This document shows positions 43,075 to 53,311 of a stretch of DNA of 55,564 nt, one piece after another. Within the stretch, counting starts at the first letter, position 1. Each line of letters begins with the position of its first letter. This stretch comes from a virus. The translations under genes were made by a program, and so were the position numbers. The stretch lies in IMG/VR virus record IMGVR_UViG_3300045988_018915, positions 1 to 55,564 of that record. The stretch is one strand, 5' to 3'. A model generated the notes under the pieces. The model had not been told where the DNA came from, did not search any database, and saw only the letters and a list, made by a program, of their open reading frames with translations.

Positions 43075-45256
43075 GGCTTACTCTCCTCTCCAATGCCGAC
43101 AATCTATCTTTGATTTCCTTGTTCTCCTTCATTAAAAATTCAATCTCTCTTTGTTGCTTTTGAATCATCTGAACATGCATAGCATGAAGCTCTCGATAAT
43201 TAACGTGATGCAACTTATCATCGACATATAAATCAACGTGTTCGTCCGTATCAACCGGAAGATATTCATATAATGACGTATCACATTCTCTAATTCCAAC
43301 GTCTAACAAGGCTTTTTCTAATTCCTGTGAGATAAAGCCGTAATGGTATTGCCTACTATCAGAAGATTTAAGTCCCGACTTATATCTAAATTTGACAGGG
43401 TGTAAGTTTAGATAAGCGGCTTCTAATTCTTCCGGCAAATCAGTTATGTGATCCTTGATTCTTCTATCAGATCCTGTGTCAATCGTATATACTTCGCCAT
43501 GAATTTGATATGTTCCATCGCTTCCACCGATCACATTTAAAAATCGAATTGCCTTTTTAATCTTTCCGCTAGTTGTTCCTCCTGGATAAGCCGTTATATT
43601 TTTTACCGGAGCATCAGGAATGGCTTGAATTGCTTGATCTACATAGCTTTCTGTCGCTATGTATTCATCATTCTGCGCGTGCACAGAGCTTAAATCAATA
43701 TCGATATTTTGGAGTACCGGATTTCCTCTTCCGTCCAAGCCGATAATATCCGTATCCTGTCCGTAAGACGAATTCTTAAATCCAAGTGATTGCACGATAT
43801 AAACGTTTCCGTCCGCGTCAAGTTGGAAATTATTACTTTCGATTATTAGCCTGTTTCCTCGCAGCGCGATTTGATCTGCGCTGGCATTAATCATAGAAAC
43901 AACTTGGTCGTTCTCATCTCTTCCTAACTTCAATTCCAAGGATGCGTCCAATGCACCCTCCGCCTTTTGTGCGCGATTGACTTCTGCGACAATGCTATTT
44001 GCGGTCTGCTCAAACTTAGTATTTGTCTGTTCTTCTAAATCCTCGTATGTTGACAACAGATGGTCTGCGTTCCTCTCTAACTTTCCGGTGCGTCTTTGCA
44101 CGCTTTCCAATGTTTCACGCATGGAATTAACCTTTGCACTGTGTATTTCCGTACCTTGTGCTGCGATTGAATCACGCTTGCTTTGTACTCCGGTCAATGT
44201 TCGCTGCAGGATGTACGTTTCAACAATCTCACGCGTTGTATTGAATCTTATAGGATCTCCAAGCTCCAAACACGGATTGCCGACGCAGGTACATGATTTC
44301 AGTGGAGTGTATGCCGCTTTCTTCATAATCGGGAACAAATTATTTGCGATCTGCTCCAACTCTGATCCGGTCTTGTCCGATACAAGAAAGTTACCGGATA
44401 TCACATAGTTATTGCCGGGAGTACCAACAATAGCACCTGCACTAGAATCATCCGGTCTGATCTCAAGCTGCGTGATTGCCTTGCTTTGGAAATCCTCGTA
44501 GTCAAATGTGATATAATGACCGCTCATGGATTCCGTATTCGCATCAGCCGGAAACAGATCATCCGAAGGAAACAAATCATCAGCCGGATAAACCGCACTG
44601 ATAATGTTTGGTAGGATCACATACTCAAACTTGCCATCACGGTTGATGTTTCCAAAGCATCCGTTGATTTCACATGTTGCCGTTACAACGGTTTTTCCGC
44701 TTATGCTAGACTCTTCTGTGACTGCGCTAGAATCATCCGTCTGTGTGGCTACAAGAGTCTTATTGACCGTCATGGAATCGTTGACAAGGTTTGTTTCGAC
44801 TTGCGCAATTCCAAGATGTGCAAAGAAGCTATCGCGGAACTGCTTAAGTGTCATTGGAAAGCTAAGTCCTGCATACCAATCCTTAACATCTGCATTGATG
44901 ATGTCGTACATCGCGTCATATGCCGTAATCTGCCGTTTTGTTCTATCAGCCGTAGGAATATCAGAATAGACCTTATAAGCGCCGTATTGAGTCGGATTCT
45001 CCGTATCTCCGTCAAGTGTTTCTGATATCGATATGGTTTTTCCAACTAAGCTTCCGGCAGTGTTGTGAGCAGTGAACTTAACGCTATTCGCTTCGCAACA
45101 ACCGAATTTCAATTCTGATTCCGAACATAAGCTTTCTTCTAGTGAGAACGTTCCGCTTTCAAGCATTGAGTTGTCGATCGCAACATTTGTGCCGACAACA
45201 GAAATCAGCATTTGTTTATCAACGCTAGGTTCCCAATACTTTTCTTTACTTGCCAT
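43058..45256 (-). CDS. tail tip protein (Tal-like) with a C-terminal peptidase-S74 intramolecular chaperone domain
   Basis: ATG at 45256 lies 8 nt after GGAGG. C-terminal SDRRIKDHITDL...HPVKFRYK...YHYGFISQELEKAL followed by a coiled coil. Confidence 0.75.
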   Translation of the reverse strand: MASKEKYWEPSVDKQMLISVVGTNVAIDNSMLESGTFSLEESLCSESELKFGCCEANSVKFTAHNTAGSLVGKTISISETLDGDTENPTQYGAYKVYSDIPTADRTKRQITAYDAMYDIINADVKDWYAGLSFPMTLKQFRDSFFAHLGIAQVETNLVNDSMTVNKTLVATQTDDSSAVTEESSISGKTVVTATCEINGCFGNINRDGKFEYVILPNIISAVYPADDLFPSDDLFPADANTESMSGHYITFDYEDFQSKAITQLEIRPDDSSAGAIVGTPGNNYVISGNFLVSDKTGSELEQIANNLFPIMKKAAYTPLKSCTCVGNPCLELGDPIRFNTTREIVETYILQRTLTGVQSKRDSIAAQGTEIHSAKVNSMRETLESVQRRTGKLERNADHLLSTYEDLEEQTNTKFEQTANSIVAEVNRAQKAEGALDASLELKLGRDENDQVVSMINASADQIALRGNRLIIESNNFQLDADGNVYIVQSLGFKNSSYGQDTDIIGLDGRGNPVLQNIDIDLSSVHAQNDEYIATESYVDQAIQAIPDAPVKNITAYPGGTTSGKIKKAIRFLNVIGGSDGTYQIHGEVYTIDTGSDRRIKDHITDLPEELEAAYLNLHPVKFRYKSGLKSSDSRQYHYGFISQELEKALLDVGIRECDTSLYEYLPVDTDEHVDLYVDDKLHHVNYRELHAMHVQMIQKQQREIEFLMKENKEIKDRLSALERRVSHAEDL

Positions 45257-45662
45257 GATAAACACCTCCTATGAATGAGAACTTCACGGAGTCGTACTTT
45301 ATTCCGCCTGCTACCGTGTACATAACCGGCTGAATGTCTGCAATATAGCCGTACTGAGTCTCATAACCGCCAATCTCCTGTATGTATGCCGTGATATAAC
45401 CGCCACGTTCATCAGCCTTGACGTAATTCTTGCGAATATTCGACCAAAACTCGTTGAACTCTTTCTCGGTAAGCATGGCTTTTGTTTCAAACTCAACCTT
45501 AATCGCCTTAAGCTTAACCGCATCACGATGCTCATATCCGTTTTCATCCGTCCAAGGGTCTTTGTCCTGCATATTCCGGTACGCGCTATATGTGTCTTGC
45601 TTAATCAATCCGTTTGGTATCGTGTAATCTCCAAACTTGACTAAATAACCGCCATATCCCAT
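45246..45662 (-). CDS. distal tail protein-like (short)
   Basis: 138 aa, immediately upstream of the Tal-like gene. Confidence 0.45.
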   Translation of the reverse strand: MGYGGYLVKFGDYTIPNGLIKQDTYSAYRNMQDKDPWTDENGYEHRDAVKLKAIKVEFETKAMLTEKEFNEFWSNIRKNYVKADERGGYITAYIQEIGGYETQYGYIADIQPVMYTVAGGIKYDSVKFSFIGGVYHGK

Positions 45663-45819
45663 CGTTTACCTCCTAAAAATGGGCATAAAAATAGCACCTA
45701 CCATGTGGTAGATGCCATTTTGTCTATTGCTATTTAGCAACAGAAATGTTATTATTTAACAGAATCCTTGATGGGATTCCCTTCTCTGAGTAGTCGTTCA
45801 GTTCGCGGCTACTCTTTTT

Positions 45820-47079
45820 TTATTTTGATTTCATTTTCTTGTATTCTCCTGCCGAATCATCGCCTATTTTGATGTAGTTTGGATCGCATAAAAAATTGTC
45901 TAAATCAACAACCGTAAATTGAACCACCCATTCAGTTCTTACTTTTGCTCCAAATCCATTCGTTGCGTCAACGTAGCTTTTTACCGCTACCAAGTCTCCG
46001 TCTTTTTCGATAGCTATGTCCTCTGGACTAAATACTTGCGATGGAAACTTTGCACCACTCGGATTTTTCAAAGAGTTTTTGATGATTTCTTGCGCCATAA
46101 TATAGTAGTGACTAGCTTCTGACGAATCATACGTTATTTCTCCAAGCCTTTTTGCGGTCAGTTTTACCTTTCCATTCTCATAAAACAAATAATCTGACTC
46201 TGGTACAAAAACACTGTATACCTTATCGCTTGCAGTTATTGCCACGTCGTATCCATCGGCATTGACATAGTACATATCAACACCATCAGCTTTTCTGTCG
46301 TACTCTATCTTTTTAAAGCCTATCTTCTTTTTTAGAATATTGTACGCCTTTACTGCGACTTTTTCATCAAGACCATCGTTTATGAAAGAAGTGACCACCT
46401 TATTGTGTTTTTTAGGTTCTTCTTTTTCCTCTGTGCTTGCTGCAACTTTTTCTTTTGATTCGGTATTTTCGGAAACCTTATTTTTTGATTCCTCATCGTT
46501 TTTAGTTTTCCCCGATTTTTCCGTTTCTGTCTCTGTCTCATATTCAATCTGTGTAGCAGGCTCGGAATACGGTTCATCTGATGTGCCGCTTCCAATAAAT
46601 ATGAAAATTATTGTCCATGCTATGCATAACAAAATGGCAATTATAGAAAATCTATGTTTTCTTTCCCTCTTGCCTGCAATCAAGTCTATGATTGCAAATA
46701 TTATACCTATATAGCACATACATCCGAAAATAGAAAGAATAAATGATACTATGCTCATAGCAGAATCTTTTTTATCCTTATTCCCTATATCATCAAACGC
46801 CGTTTCAAAATTGCTTTTGTAAAGTCTTGATGCGCAACTCTTACAATAATTATCGTCTGCGTTATTTTTTTCTCCACAAACCCTACAGAACACAACATTT
46901 TGTTCGCTTTCTTCTTTCGGATTGTTCGAGGAATTGCCGATTTCGCTTCTAACAACTTGTTCCTTGTCGGAATTTTCATCTTCCGTCAAAAAATTCTTTA
47001 TTGGAAATCCACAATTTACACATATTTCAGCTTTATCAGATATTTCTTTTCCGCACTCTGGACATTTAATCAATCCCAT
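45820..47079 (-). CDS. cargo membrane protein: double zinc-ribbon N-terminus, TM helices, E/K/S-rich linker, extracellular domain
   Basis: KCPECGKEISDKAEICVNCG and CRVCGEKNNADDNYCKSC, then hydrophobic segments. Confidence 0.65.
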   Translation of the reverse strand: MGLIKCPECGKEISDKAEICVNCGFPIKNFLTEDENSDKEQVVRSEIGNSSNNPKEESEQNVVFCRVCGEKNNADDNYCKSCASRLYKSNFETAFDDIGNKDKKDSAMSIVSFILSIFGCMCYIGIIFAIIDLIAGKRERKHRFSIIAILLCIAWTIIFIFIGSGTSDEPYSEPATQIEYETETETEKSGKTKNDEESKNKVSENTESKEKVAASTEEKEEPKKHNKVVTSFINDGLDEKVAVKAYNILKKKIGFKKIEYDRKADGVDMYYVNADGYDVAITASDKVYSVFVPESDYLFYENGKVKLTAKRLGEITYDSSEASHYYIMAQEIIKNSLKNPSGAKFPSQVFSPEDIAIEKDGDLVAVKSYVDATNGFGAKVRTEWVVQFTVVDLDNFLCDPNYIKIGDDSAGEYKKMKSK

Positions 47080-47104
47080 AATAACTCCTAAAAAATATTT
47101 TAAA

Positions 47105-47791
47105 CTATTTCAGTAACCCAAAAGAATCTGTCACGTAGTAGTCGGAATCTTCCGAGTCCTCATTCCAGACAACTAGGGATAGTTGTATGTTGTCAATATT
47201 CTTTATTGGCAAACTCACAATGTTATCATCCATTGTCCACCACGTTACATAGGCTTTTTTATGTGGAGATAGGTCTTGATATAACGTCCCTTCCGCCATA
47301 ACATCATTTACTGATGATGTGTCAGAATTAACCGTAATATTATTGTCTGTAATATTTTCGATTGTCAAGCAAGCTATAAGTTCGTCCGGATATGTTCCCT
47401 TCTTTAGCCCTGTAAAGTAAACCCTAATGCTTGAATCTTCGTATGCAAGTCTGTTGATTTTCTCTTTCACGGTTACTTTGCAAGACATCACTTTCTTTCC
47501 GACTTTAGCTTTGATCGTTGCCGTTCCGGATGATACTGCCGTAACAATTCCGCTTTTACCTACCTTTGCAATGCTTGGTTCGGTTGAGCTCCATTTAACT
47601 TTTGCTTTTGTTCCGTAAACTTTCAATTTCTGTGTTTTTCCAACGTAAAGCGAAATTGCTTTCTTGTTTAATTTGATAGTTGCCGCATGCGCAACAATCT
47701 GTCCCTCATCTGCATTTTGGATTGGCATAGCCGAAATCAAAACGGCAAATGCCAACCCCATAGCTACTAATAATCTTTTTGCGCTTCTCAT
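47105..47791 (-). CDS. secreted Big_2 (bacterial Ig-like) domain protein
   Basis: AAGGAG-N7-ATG. Signal peptide MRSAKRLLVAMGLAFAVLISAMP. The Big_2-like segment is KLNKKAISLYVGKTQKLKVYGTKAKVKWSSTEPSIAKVGKSGIVTAVSSGTATIKAKV. Confidence 0.65.
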   Translation of the reverse strand: MRSAKRLLVAMGLAFAVLISAMPIQNADEGQIVAHAATIKLNKKAISLYVGKTQKLKVYGTKAKVKWSSTEPSIAKVGKSGIVTAVSSGTATIKAKVGKKVMSCKVTVKEKINRLAYEDSSIRVYFTGLKKGTYPDELIACLTIENITDNNITVNSDTSSVNDVMAEGTLYQDLSPHKKAYVTWWTMDDNIVSLPIKNIDNIQLSLVVWNEDSEDSDYYVTDSFGLLK

Positions 47792-47853
47792 AATGACTCC
47801 TTTCTTGTGATATGATTTATTTAGAATTATATCACGTTCGATTATAGAAGTCA

Positions 47854-50800
47854 CTAAAAAACATAGACATTGTCTCCGGTTCGGTTGTAATGTTCTCTAC
47901 CATAATCCCTTGCGGCTTTTCCTATGTCGTTTGTAGTAATTCCGAAATTTTTCTGTAAAATAGCTTGTAATAACTGATTTTGCTGTCGTAATAAGGAAAC
48001 CTCTTGCGCAGATGTTGAATTTATGGCATCTTTGATTCCGGTAATCTCTTGACCTCCGGCAACTGCTGGTTTTCCTCCGACCGTTCCCATAAGCTCTGGA
48101 ATACCGTTTTCTCCAACTTTTGCAATGCTGTATCTGTCCATAAAGCCGCCTGTTGCATAAGCCTTTACTCTAGGAAGTTTTACTTCCTTAACAAGATCAA
48201 CTCCGCTCCAATCAACTCCGGCTACTTTAGCGGCAATCGACACAACGTTATTAAATCCGCTTAGCACTTTATTTACTCCGCGTATCAGTGAGTTTATTGC
48301 GCTTTCAATTCTTGCAATTACACTGTTCATCGCACCGGAAACACCACTTTTCACGCTATTCCATAATTTGCTGAATATTTCAGTTACACTTTCTTTCATC
48401 TTCGAGAAAGCGTTTTTTATCGGGGTGGTTACATGTTCTTTAAACCAACTAGAAACACTATTCCACACACCGGTTATCGCTGTCTTTGCCGCGCTAAATG
48501 CTTTCTGAATAGACTCTTTTGCTGAACTAAAAGCATTCTTAATAGGTGTTGTAACATGTTCCTTAAACCAACCGGAAACCACCACCCATACCGATTTCAC
48601 AGTTGACCACAAAACCTTGAATGCGGTTGATACTGCCAATTTGAATAATTCAAAATTTTTCTTTATTGGCTCTATTACCTTTGATTTAAACCAATCAGAA
48701 ACAACAATCCATACAGCCTTAACAATAATCCATAGCCCCTTAAATATTTGTGATACTCTTGTATAGAATCCTTTGAAAAATCCAACTATCGGTTCTATTA
48801 CGGTTTTATTAAACCACCCCGACACTCCTTTCCATACGTTGGATATGCTTTTCCACAAATTACCGAAAAATCCGGATACTTTCGTATACATTCCTTTAAA
48901 GAATCCGACCACAGGGGTAATTACGTTTGTATTGAACCACTCACCAACTCCGGAAAATGTATCGACAACAGTTTTCCAATTATCTTTTAACAACACTGCA
49001 ACTGTTGCAACCGCCGCAGTAACAGCCGCCACGATCGCTGCCGGTGCTGCCGCTACCCCTAAAATAACCGCTCCGACCGCCGTAATCGTAACTCCGACAA
49101 GCATAAGTGCTTCATTAAGCCAACTGAATCCGTTCTTTAACATGGTTACAAAGTTTGATATTGCAGTAAATGCGCCAATCGCAACGGAGCCTATTCCGGT
49201 TATTGCTTTTGCAACAGGGCTTATAAATGCAAGCGCACCTTCTGCCGCTTTACTTCCAAACAAAGCCTTAAATCCTGCTGAAATGGTTGTTCCAACCGTC
49301 GCAAATGCCGTCGTTATTTTTCCGGATAATGCGGTAGACAAAGCTACGCCAATTCCTTGGTTTGCCGCAATTCCAACACCTAATTTAGATGCAATAGAAG
49401 ACGCTATTGCTTTTGAAATGGAAGTTCCGATTATATCAAGTGCGGTTTTTGCAAGATGCAATCCAAGGATTTTTTTGATTGTCAGTGCACCGACAATAAT
49501 TGCAACCGTCTTTACATCTAAGTTACTTAAAAACTCCTTTGCTCCGTTCCAAACATCCTTCCAAGAAATTTTACTTAACGCTGTCGTAACTGCATCAAAC
49601 GCGCCTTGCGCCCATGCATTAAGCGTTTGAGCCAATAATGCAAAATCAAAGTTTTGGAAAAACTTGTTGATTCCGTCCGCTATCGAATTTCCGAATTGTT
49701 TCCAATTAAACGTTGTGCCGAATGAATCCAATCCGTGAAGCACCGTGTTTAATGAATTTGCAATCAGTTTTCCGGTTTCTCCGAAAAGCGTTGTACCTTT
49801 CTGACCCTCAAATAGTCCATTAAGGAATTTTGCAAGTCCACTACCAAAGCCGGACGCTTTGGCATATACCTCATCCCACTTGATTCCTTTCATTGCGTTT
49901 ATCAGCGCACCGGATATTGACTTTCCAAGCCCTTCAAGGTCTTTTATCTTGCTTTTATAGTCCTTAAAAATGGTGTCAGCCGCAACAAGTTTTCCGCTTG
50001 AACCGCTTGCGCCACCACCGCCGCCGGATGAACCACTACCGCTACCGGACGAACCTTTATCTTTATTCGAACTGATTACTTTTAATTCATCAAATGCTCT
50101 GGTTGATTTCTTTGCTTCTTTTGCGGCTTTCTTTGTACCATTTGCCGCGTCATTTGCCGCATCCGCTACATTTCCATAGCTATCAGCTAAATCGTCCGTA
50201 ATGCCTACGTCACTTGCTTCATACTTCCATCCGAAGATAGAGCCTAGAGCATTTGTGACCATCTCTGCAAATGAAATCACTTTTTGCAGAACTGCATTGA
50301 GTGTTCTTACAAATGGCTTAAATGCATTAATGAGTGCGCCACCCATGATTCCGGCTAACTGTTGGAATGATTGTTTTAGGATTGTTACTTGGTTATGCCA
50401 CGTATCTGCGGTTCTGGCGAAGTCCCCCTGTGCCGCTGCCGTGTTAGCCATAACATATTGGTATCTAAGCATAGCTTTTTCGGCTTGCGTCATTGTCTTA
50501 AAATTAGCTTCTATTCCTTGCGTAAGTGCCCATTCCTTAAGTGTTGCTTGGGTTAAATCTAAACCGTAAGTACGCAGAGGTCGGGTCTGTCCGGTAAAGA
50601 TAGCCGTCAAGTCCTCAGCAACCGCCGATTGCTCCACATCATAGAATGATGCCATGTCTGCGGTCAACTTTGTGAGTTGTACAGACATATCTGCCATCTT
50701 GCCTTGTGGGAATCCCATAGCAACTCCCATAGCTTGAAATCGGCTTGCAAACTGTTTTACAGATAACTCAGACATACCAAATTTCTGAATTGAATTCGCG

Positions 50801-51576
50801 GCAAAGTCATTTACAAGCGATTCATACTTTCCGAATGTTGTGCGGACTACGTTCTCAACCTCGGTCAATGAAGATGATATGTCGATCGCATCCCTTATCT
50901 TTCCAAATCCTCGGAACAATAGGAAATATGATGCATACAACTTTCCGATTGCAGACGCAAGGGAAAATGACTTCTTGGTTGCACTAGAAGCGCCGGAAGT
51001 AAAACCACTAAATGAACTTGTGATGCTTCTAGCCGCCGTTCCTGCCGCTCCACCGGTTCTTGCCAACTTAGCAAGCGAATTAGTCATGTCGATAAGATTT
51101 TTGCTAACTCTTGGCGCTTGCGATAACTCAGCCATAAGTTGTCTCATAGCCGTAGCAAGCTTTGGGATGTTCTCAATAGCCTTAGTTGAACTCGTGTAGC
51201 CTAATTGCTTTATTCCTCCAGCCAACTCCGTGAGTCCCTTAACAGAACCAGAAAGCTTATCGAATCCCTTTAATGATCCTGCAATCCGGCGCATTGAATC
51301 AGCCGCCGCAGATAACTTACCGGAATCAATTTCAGAAAGCTTTGTAATGTTTCTAGCCGCCGCACTGAATGATCTCGAATCGATGGCATTCATGGAAAGC
51401 ATTGCCGTTGACAGTCTGCTTACTCCGGTTGAAAGTCTGTTAAGACCGCTACCATCAATGGATTGCAAGGAATTTGACAGTTTGCCAAGCCTTGTAACAA
51501 GCTTATCGATTTCGCCACTAGCATTCGTAGCCTGCGCTTGAATCTTAATCTCTAAAGATTCTAATTCCACAACCAT
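47854..51576 (-). CDS. tape measure protein
   Basis: 1240 aa. Coiled-coil N-terminus, G/S-rich stretch, TM helices, and repeated W-containing units (SGWFKEHVTTPIKNAFS twice). Confidence 0.9.
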   Translation of the reverse strand: MVVELESLEIKIQAQATNASGEIDKLVTRLGKLSNSLQSIDGSGLNRLSTGVSRLSTAMLSMNAIDSRSFSAAARNITKLSEIDSGKLSAAADSMRRIAGSLKGFDKLSGSVKGLTELAGGIKQLGYTSSTKAIENIPKLATAMRQLMAELSQAPRVSKNLIDMTNSLAKLARTGGAAGTAARSITSSFSGFTSGASSATKKSFSLASAIGKLYASYFLLFRGFGKIRDAIDISSSLTEVENVVRTTFGKYESLVNDFAANSIQKFGMSELSVKQFASRFQAMGVAMGFPQGKMADMSVQLTKLTADMASFYDVEQSAVAEDLTAIFTGQTRPLRTYGLDLTQATLKEWALTQGIEANFKTMTQAEKAMLRYQYVMANTAAAQGDFARTADTWHNQVTILKQSFQQLAGIMGGALINAFKPFVRTLNAVLQKVISFAEMVTNALGSIFGWKYEASDVGITDDLADSYGNVADAANDAANGTKKAAKEAKKSTRAFDELKVISSNKDKGSSGSGSGSSGGGGGASGSSGKLVAADTIFKDYKSKIKDLEGLGKSISGALINAMKGIKWDEVYAKASGFGSGLAKFLNGLFEGQKGTTLFGETGKLIANSLNTVLHGLDSFGTTFNWKQFGNSIADGINKFFQNFDFALLAQTLNAWAQGAFDAVTTALSKISWKDVWNGAKEFLSNLDVKTVAIIVGALTIKKILGLHLAKTALDIIGTSISKAIASSIASKLGVGIAANQGIGVALSTALSGKITTAFATVGTTISAGFKALFGSKAAEGALAFISPVAKAITGIGSVAIGAFTAISNFVTMLKNGFSWLNEALMLVGVTITAVGAVILGVAAAPAAIVAAVTAAVATVAVLLKDNWKTVVDTFSGVGEWFNTNVITPVVGFFKGMYTKVSGFFGNLWKSISNVWKGVSGWFNKTVIEPIVGFFKGFYTRVSQIFKGLWIIVKAVWIVVSDWFKSKVIEPIKKNFELFKLAVSTAFKVLWSTVKSVWVVVSGWFKEHVTTPIKNAFSSAKESIQKAFSAAKTAITGVWNSVSSWFKEHVTTPIKNAFSKMKESVTEIFSKLWNSVKSGVSGAMNSVIARIESAINSLIRGVNKVLSGFNNVVSIAAKVAGVDWSGVDLVKEVKLPRVKAYATGGFMDRYSIAKVGENGIPELMGTVGGKPAVAGGQEITGIKDAINSTSAQEVSLLRQQNQLLQAILQKNFGITTNDIGKAARDYGREHYNRTGDNVYVF

Positions 51577-51637
51577 TCCACCTCCTTTATGAAGTTATAG
51601 AAAAAGGCGGCAAGCTATGACACTTACCGCCCTTGAA

Positions 51638-52345
51638 TTATGCTTTTTTCAACTTTCCTTTTTTGAGAAGTGCGAGCATTTTTGAATTTTCTGTCGCAGT
51701 GAACTTAAAATTACTAAAACCATTCTTCTTAGCGATCTCCGCGCGATGCTCCTTTGATACGTCCGTCTCTCCAACGGCTTTCAAAGCTTCGATGATGGAT
51801 GTTGAATTGCCCTTATACTGTTCGTAATATCCGGTTTGTTCCGCGCGCTTTTTTGCGCCACTGACAACAATGATCGTATGTCCCTTAGTCTTGGTAACAA
51901 GAATATCTCCGTTATAAAGAGTCATGCCTGCATAATAAGAACCCTTGTCCTCAAACAGATCGGAATCTTCAAGAACAGACCGCTCGTTGGATGTAGTAAA
52001 AAATCCAACATCTTTTCCGGCTGCATAAATAATGCACGCTCTTACAAGTGAAGAACAATCACACTCTGTTTTTACTTCTGAATCGATTCCGTGCGTAATG
52101 ACTCCTCCGCGCTCAGATTGGTCATATCCAATGTTTTCGTTGTTGCACGCAATAATCATAGCTTTAGCAAGTTTGTTTGCTATTTCTGCTGATTTAGCGC
52201 GTAATACGCGCCATCCTTTCTTGTGCACATAGAACTTCTGCATCGAAACTTCTTGTCCGGTCTGATCTCCGGCTTTTCCGCCAGAATAACAATTGCCATG
52301 TTCATCATGTCTTGCGCTACCAACCATAACTGCCATACCGTACAC
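51638..52345 (-). CDS. putative cell-wall hydrolase (Cys/His amidohydrolase-like) with a C-terminal binding-like motif
   Basis: GSARHDEHGNCYSGGKAGDQTGQEV, ECDCSSLV and KGHTIIVVSG. The assignment is by resemblance only. Confidence 0.5.
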   Translation of the reverse strand: MYGMAVMVGSARHDEHGNCYSGGKAGDQTGQEVSMQKFYVHKKGWRVLRAKSAEIANKLAKAMIIACNNENIGYDQSERGGVITHGIDSEVKTECDCSSLVRACIIYAAGKDVGFFTTSNERSVLEDSDLFEDKGSYYAGMTLYNGDILVTKTKGHTIIVVSGAKKRAEQTGYYEQYKGNSTSIIEALKAVGETDVSKEHRAEIAKKNGFSNFKFTATENSKMLALLKKGKLKKA

Positions 52346-52354
52346 CTTCTTTCG

Positions 52355-53166
52355 TTAAAATACTTTTGGCTTTGGCAAATTGGCTTTTTGCGATTCTGCC
52401 ATCCATGCACGTTCCGCATTAAGCATCTCTTGCAGTTCGGCATCCTCATCCGCATTATTTTGTTTCTCAATCGAGTCGTAGCAAGTCTCTTTGACAAACT
52501 TGCCTTTACCCTTGCCGAATGTGGCATCAATCGCCGTAATAAACGCGGAAACACCATATCTGCCGAACCACATATACATTTCCATGTCGCGTTGCTTCCA
52601 TTCTGTCTTATATGCATCCACATAAGGCTTAAGCAACTCTGGGTTCATCATATCTATATCATCAACGGAAAATCCGTAGCCTTTCGTTACCATAAGGTAA
52701 AACGGACGGATTTCCGCAACGTAATATTCCCATGTTAATTCTTGGTCTTTGCCTTGGATGGGGTCTTTTTCTTCTCCTGCTCCTTCTCCTGCTCCTGCGC
52801 TTTCGCTATCGACTCCATCATCTGTGCTAAAAAACCGTTTGTCATCATTTCCTCCTGCATATCAGCGAATAAATCCATGCAGTTAATCTCGTTTGTATCA
52901 ATCGCATCATATAGAATGTCGGACACCTTCTCAAGCTGCTCATCGTAGCCCTTGTTTGTTTTGTAATCGTATCCAAATTCCTCATTGTGATGCATCTGCA
53001 ATCCCACAAGAAGTGTCTTAGGAAGCGTTTCAAGAAGAATATCTTCCATAGAGGAAATATCTTCCATGTCCTGCGTCTTCATAATATCCTGTAATATATG
53101 TGATTTTAATGATGGTCTTGTTGCAAACTGAATTGTATATTCTTTTCCACCTAATTTAACTTTCAT
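52355..53166 (-). CDS. tail assembly chaperone -1 frameshift fusion product (gpGT-like)
   Basis: The -1 frame is open from the GAAAAAG site through ELTWEYYVAEIRPFYLMVTKGYGFSVDD... to 52355. Confidence 0.55.
52735..53166 (-). CDS. tail assembly chaperone (gpG-like)
   Basis: 143 aa, between the major tail gene and the tape measure. Acidic with a K-rich tail. Confidence 0.65.
   Translation of the reverse strand: MKVKLGGKEYTIQFATRPSLKSHILQDIMKTQDMEDISSMEDILLETLPKTLLVGLQMHHNEEFGYDYKTNKGYDEQLEKVSDILYDAIDTNEINCMDLFADMQEEMMTNGFLAQMMESIAKAQEQEKEQEKKKTPSKAKTKN
52765..52771 (-). promoter_or_regulatory. candidate slippery site GAAAAAG for the G/GT -1 frameshift
   Basis: Zero-frame codons are AAG AAA AAG ACC, 10 codons before the gpG-like stop. 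Confidence 0.45.
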
Positions 53167-53311
53167 GTTTTACCTTGCCTTTCCGCCTAAAAATAGGCAA
53201 GGGGCAGTGTTTCCACCGCCCCATTTTTGCTTTTTCGTTGCTTCAAGTTCTAGTCCGGCTATTCGTCCTCGCCTGTCAATTCTGCCGAACTACTATATCT
53301 CGACAGGCTTT

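Noticed and set aside
48773-49630. 285-aa plus-strand ORF, and other long plus-strand ORFs, inside the tape measure gene
   Set aside because: It is antisense to a 1240-aa gene with a clear TMP character. Its low-complexity A/T/P/V-rich translation is typical of the reverse frame of an Ala/Gly-rich gene. There is no RBS.
52180-52623. 147-aa minus-strand ORF overlapping the hydrolase and gpT-like genes
   Set aside because: It lies in an alternative frame across two better-supported genes and has an R/C/M-rich composition.
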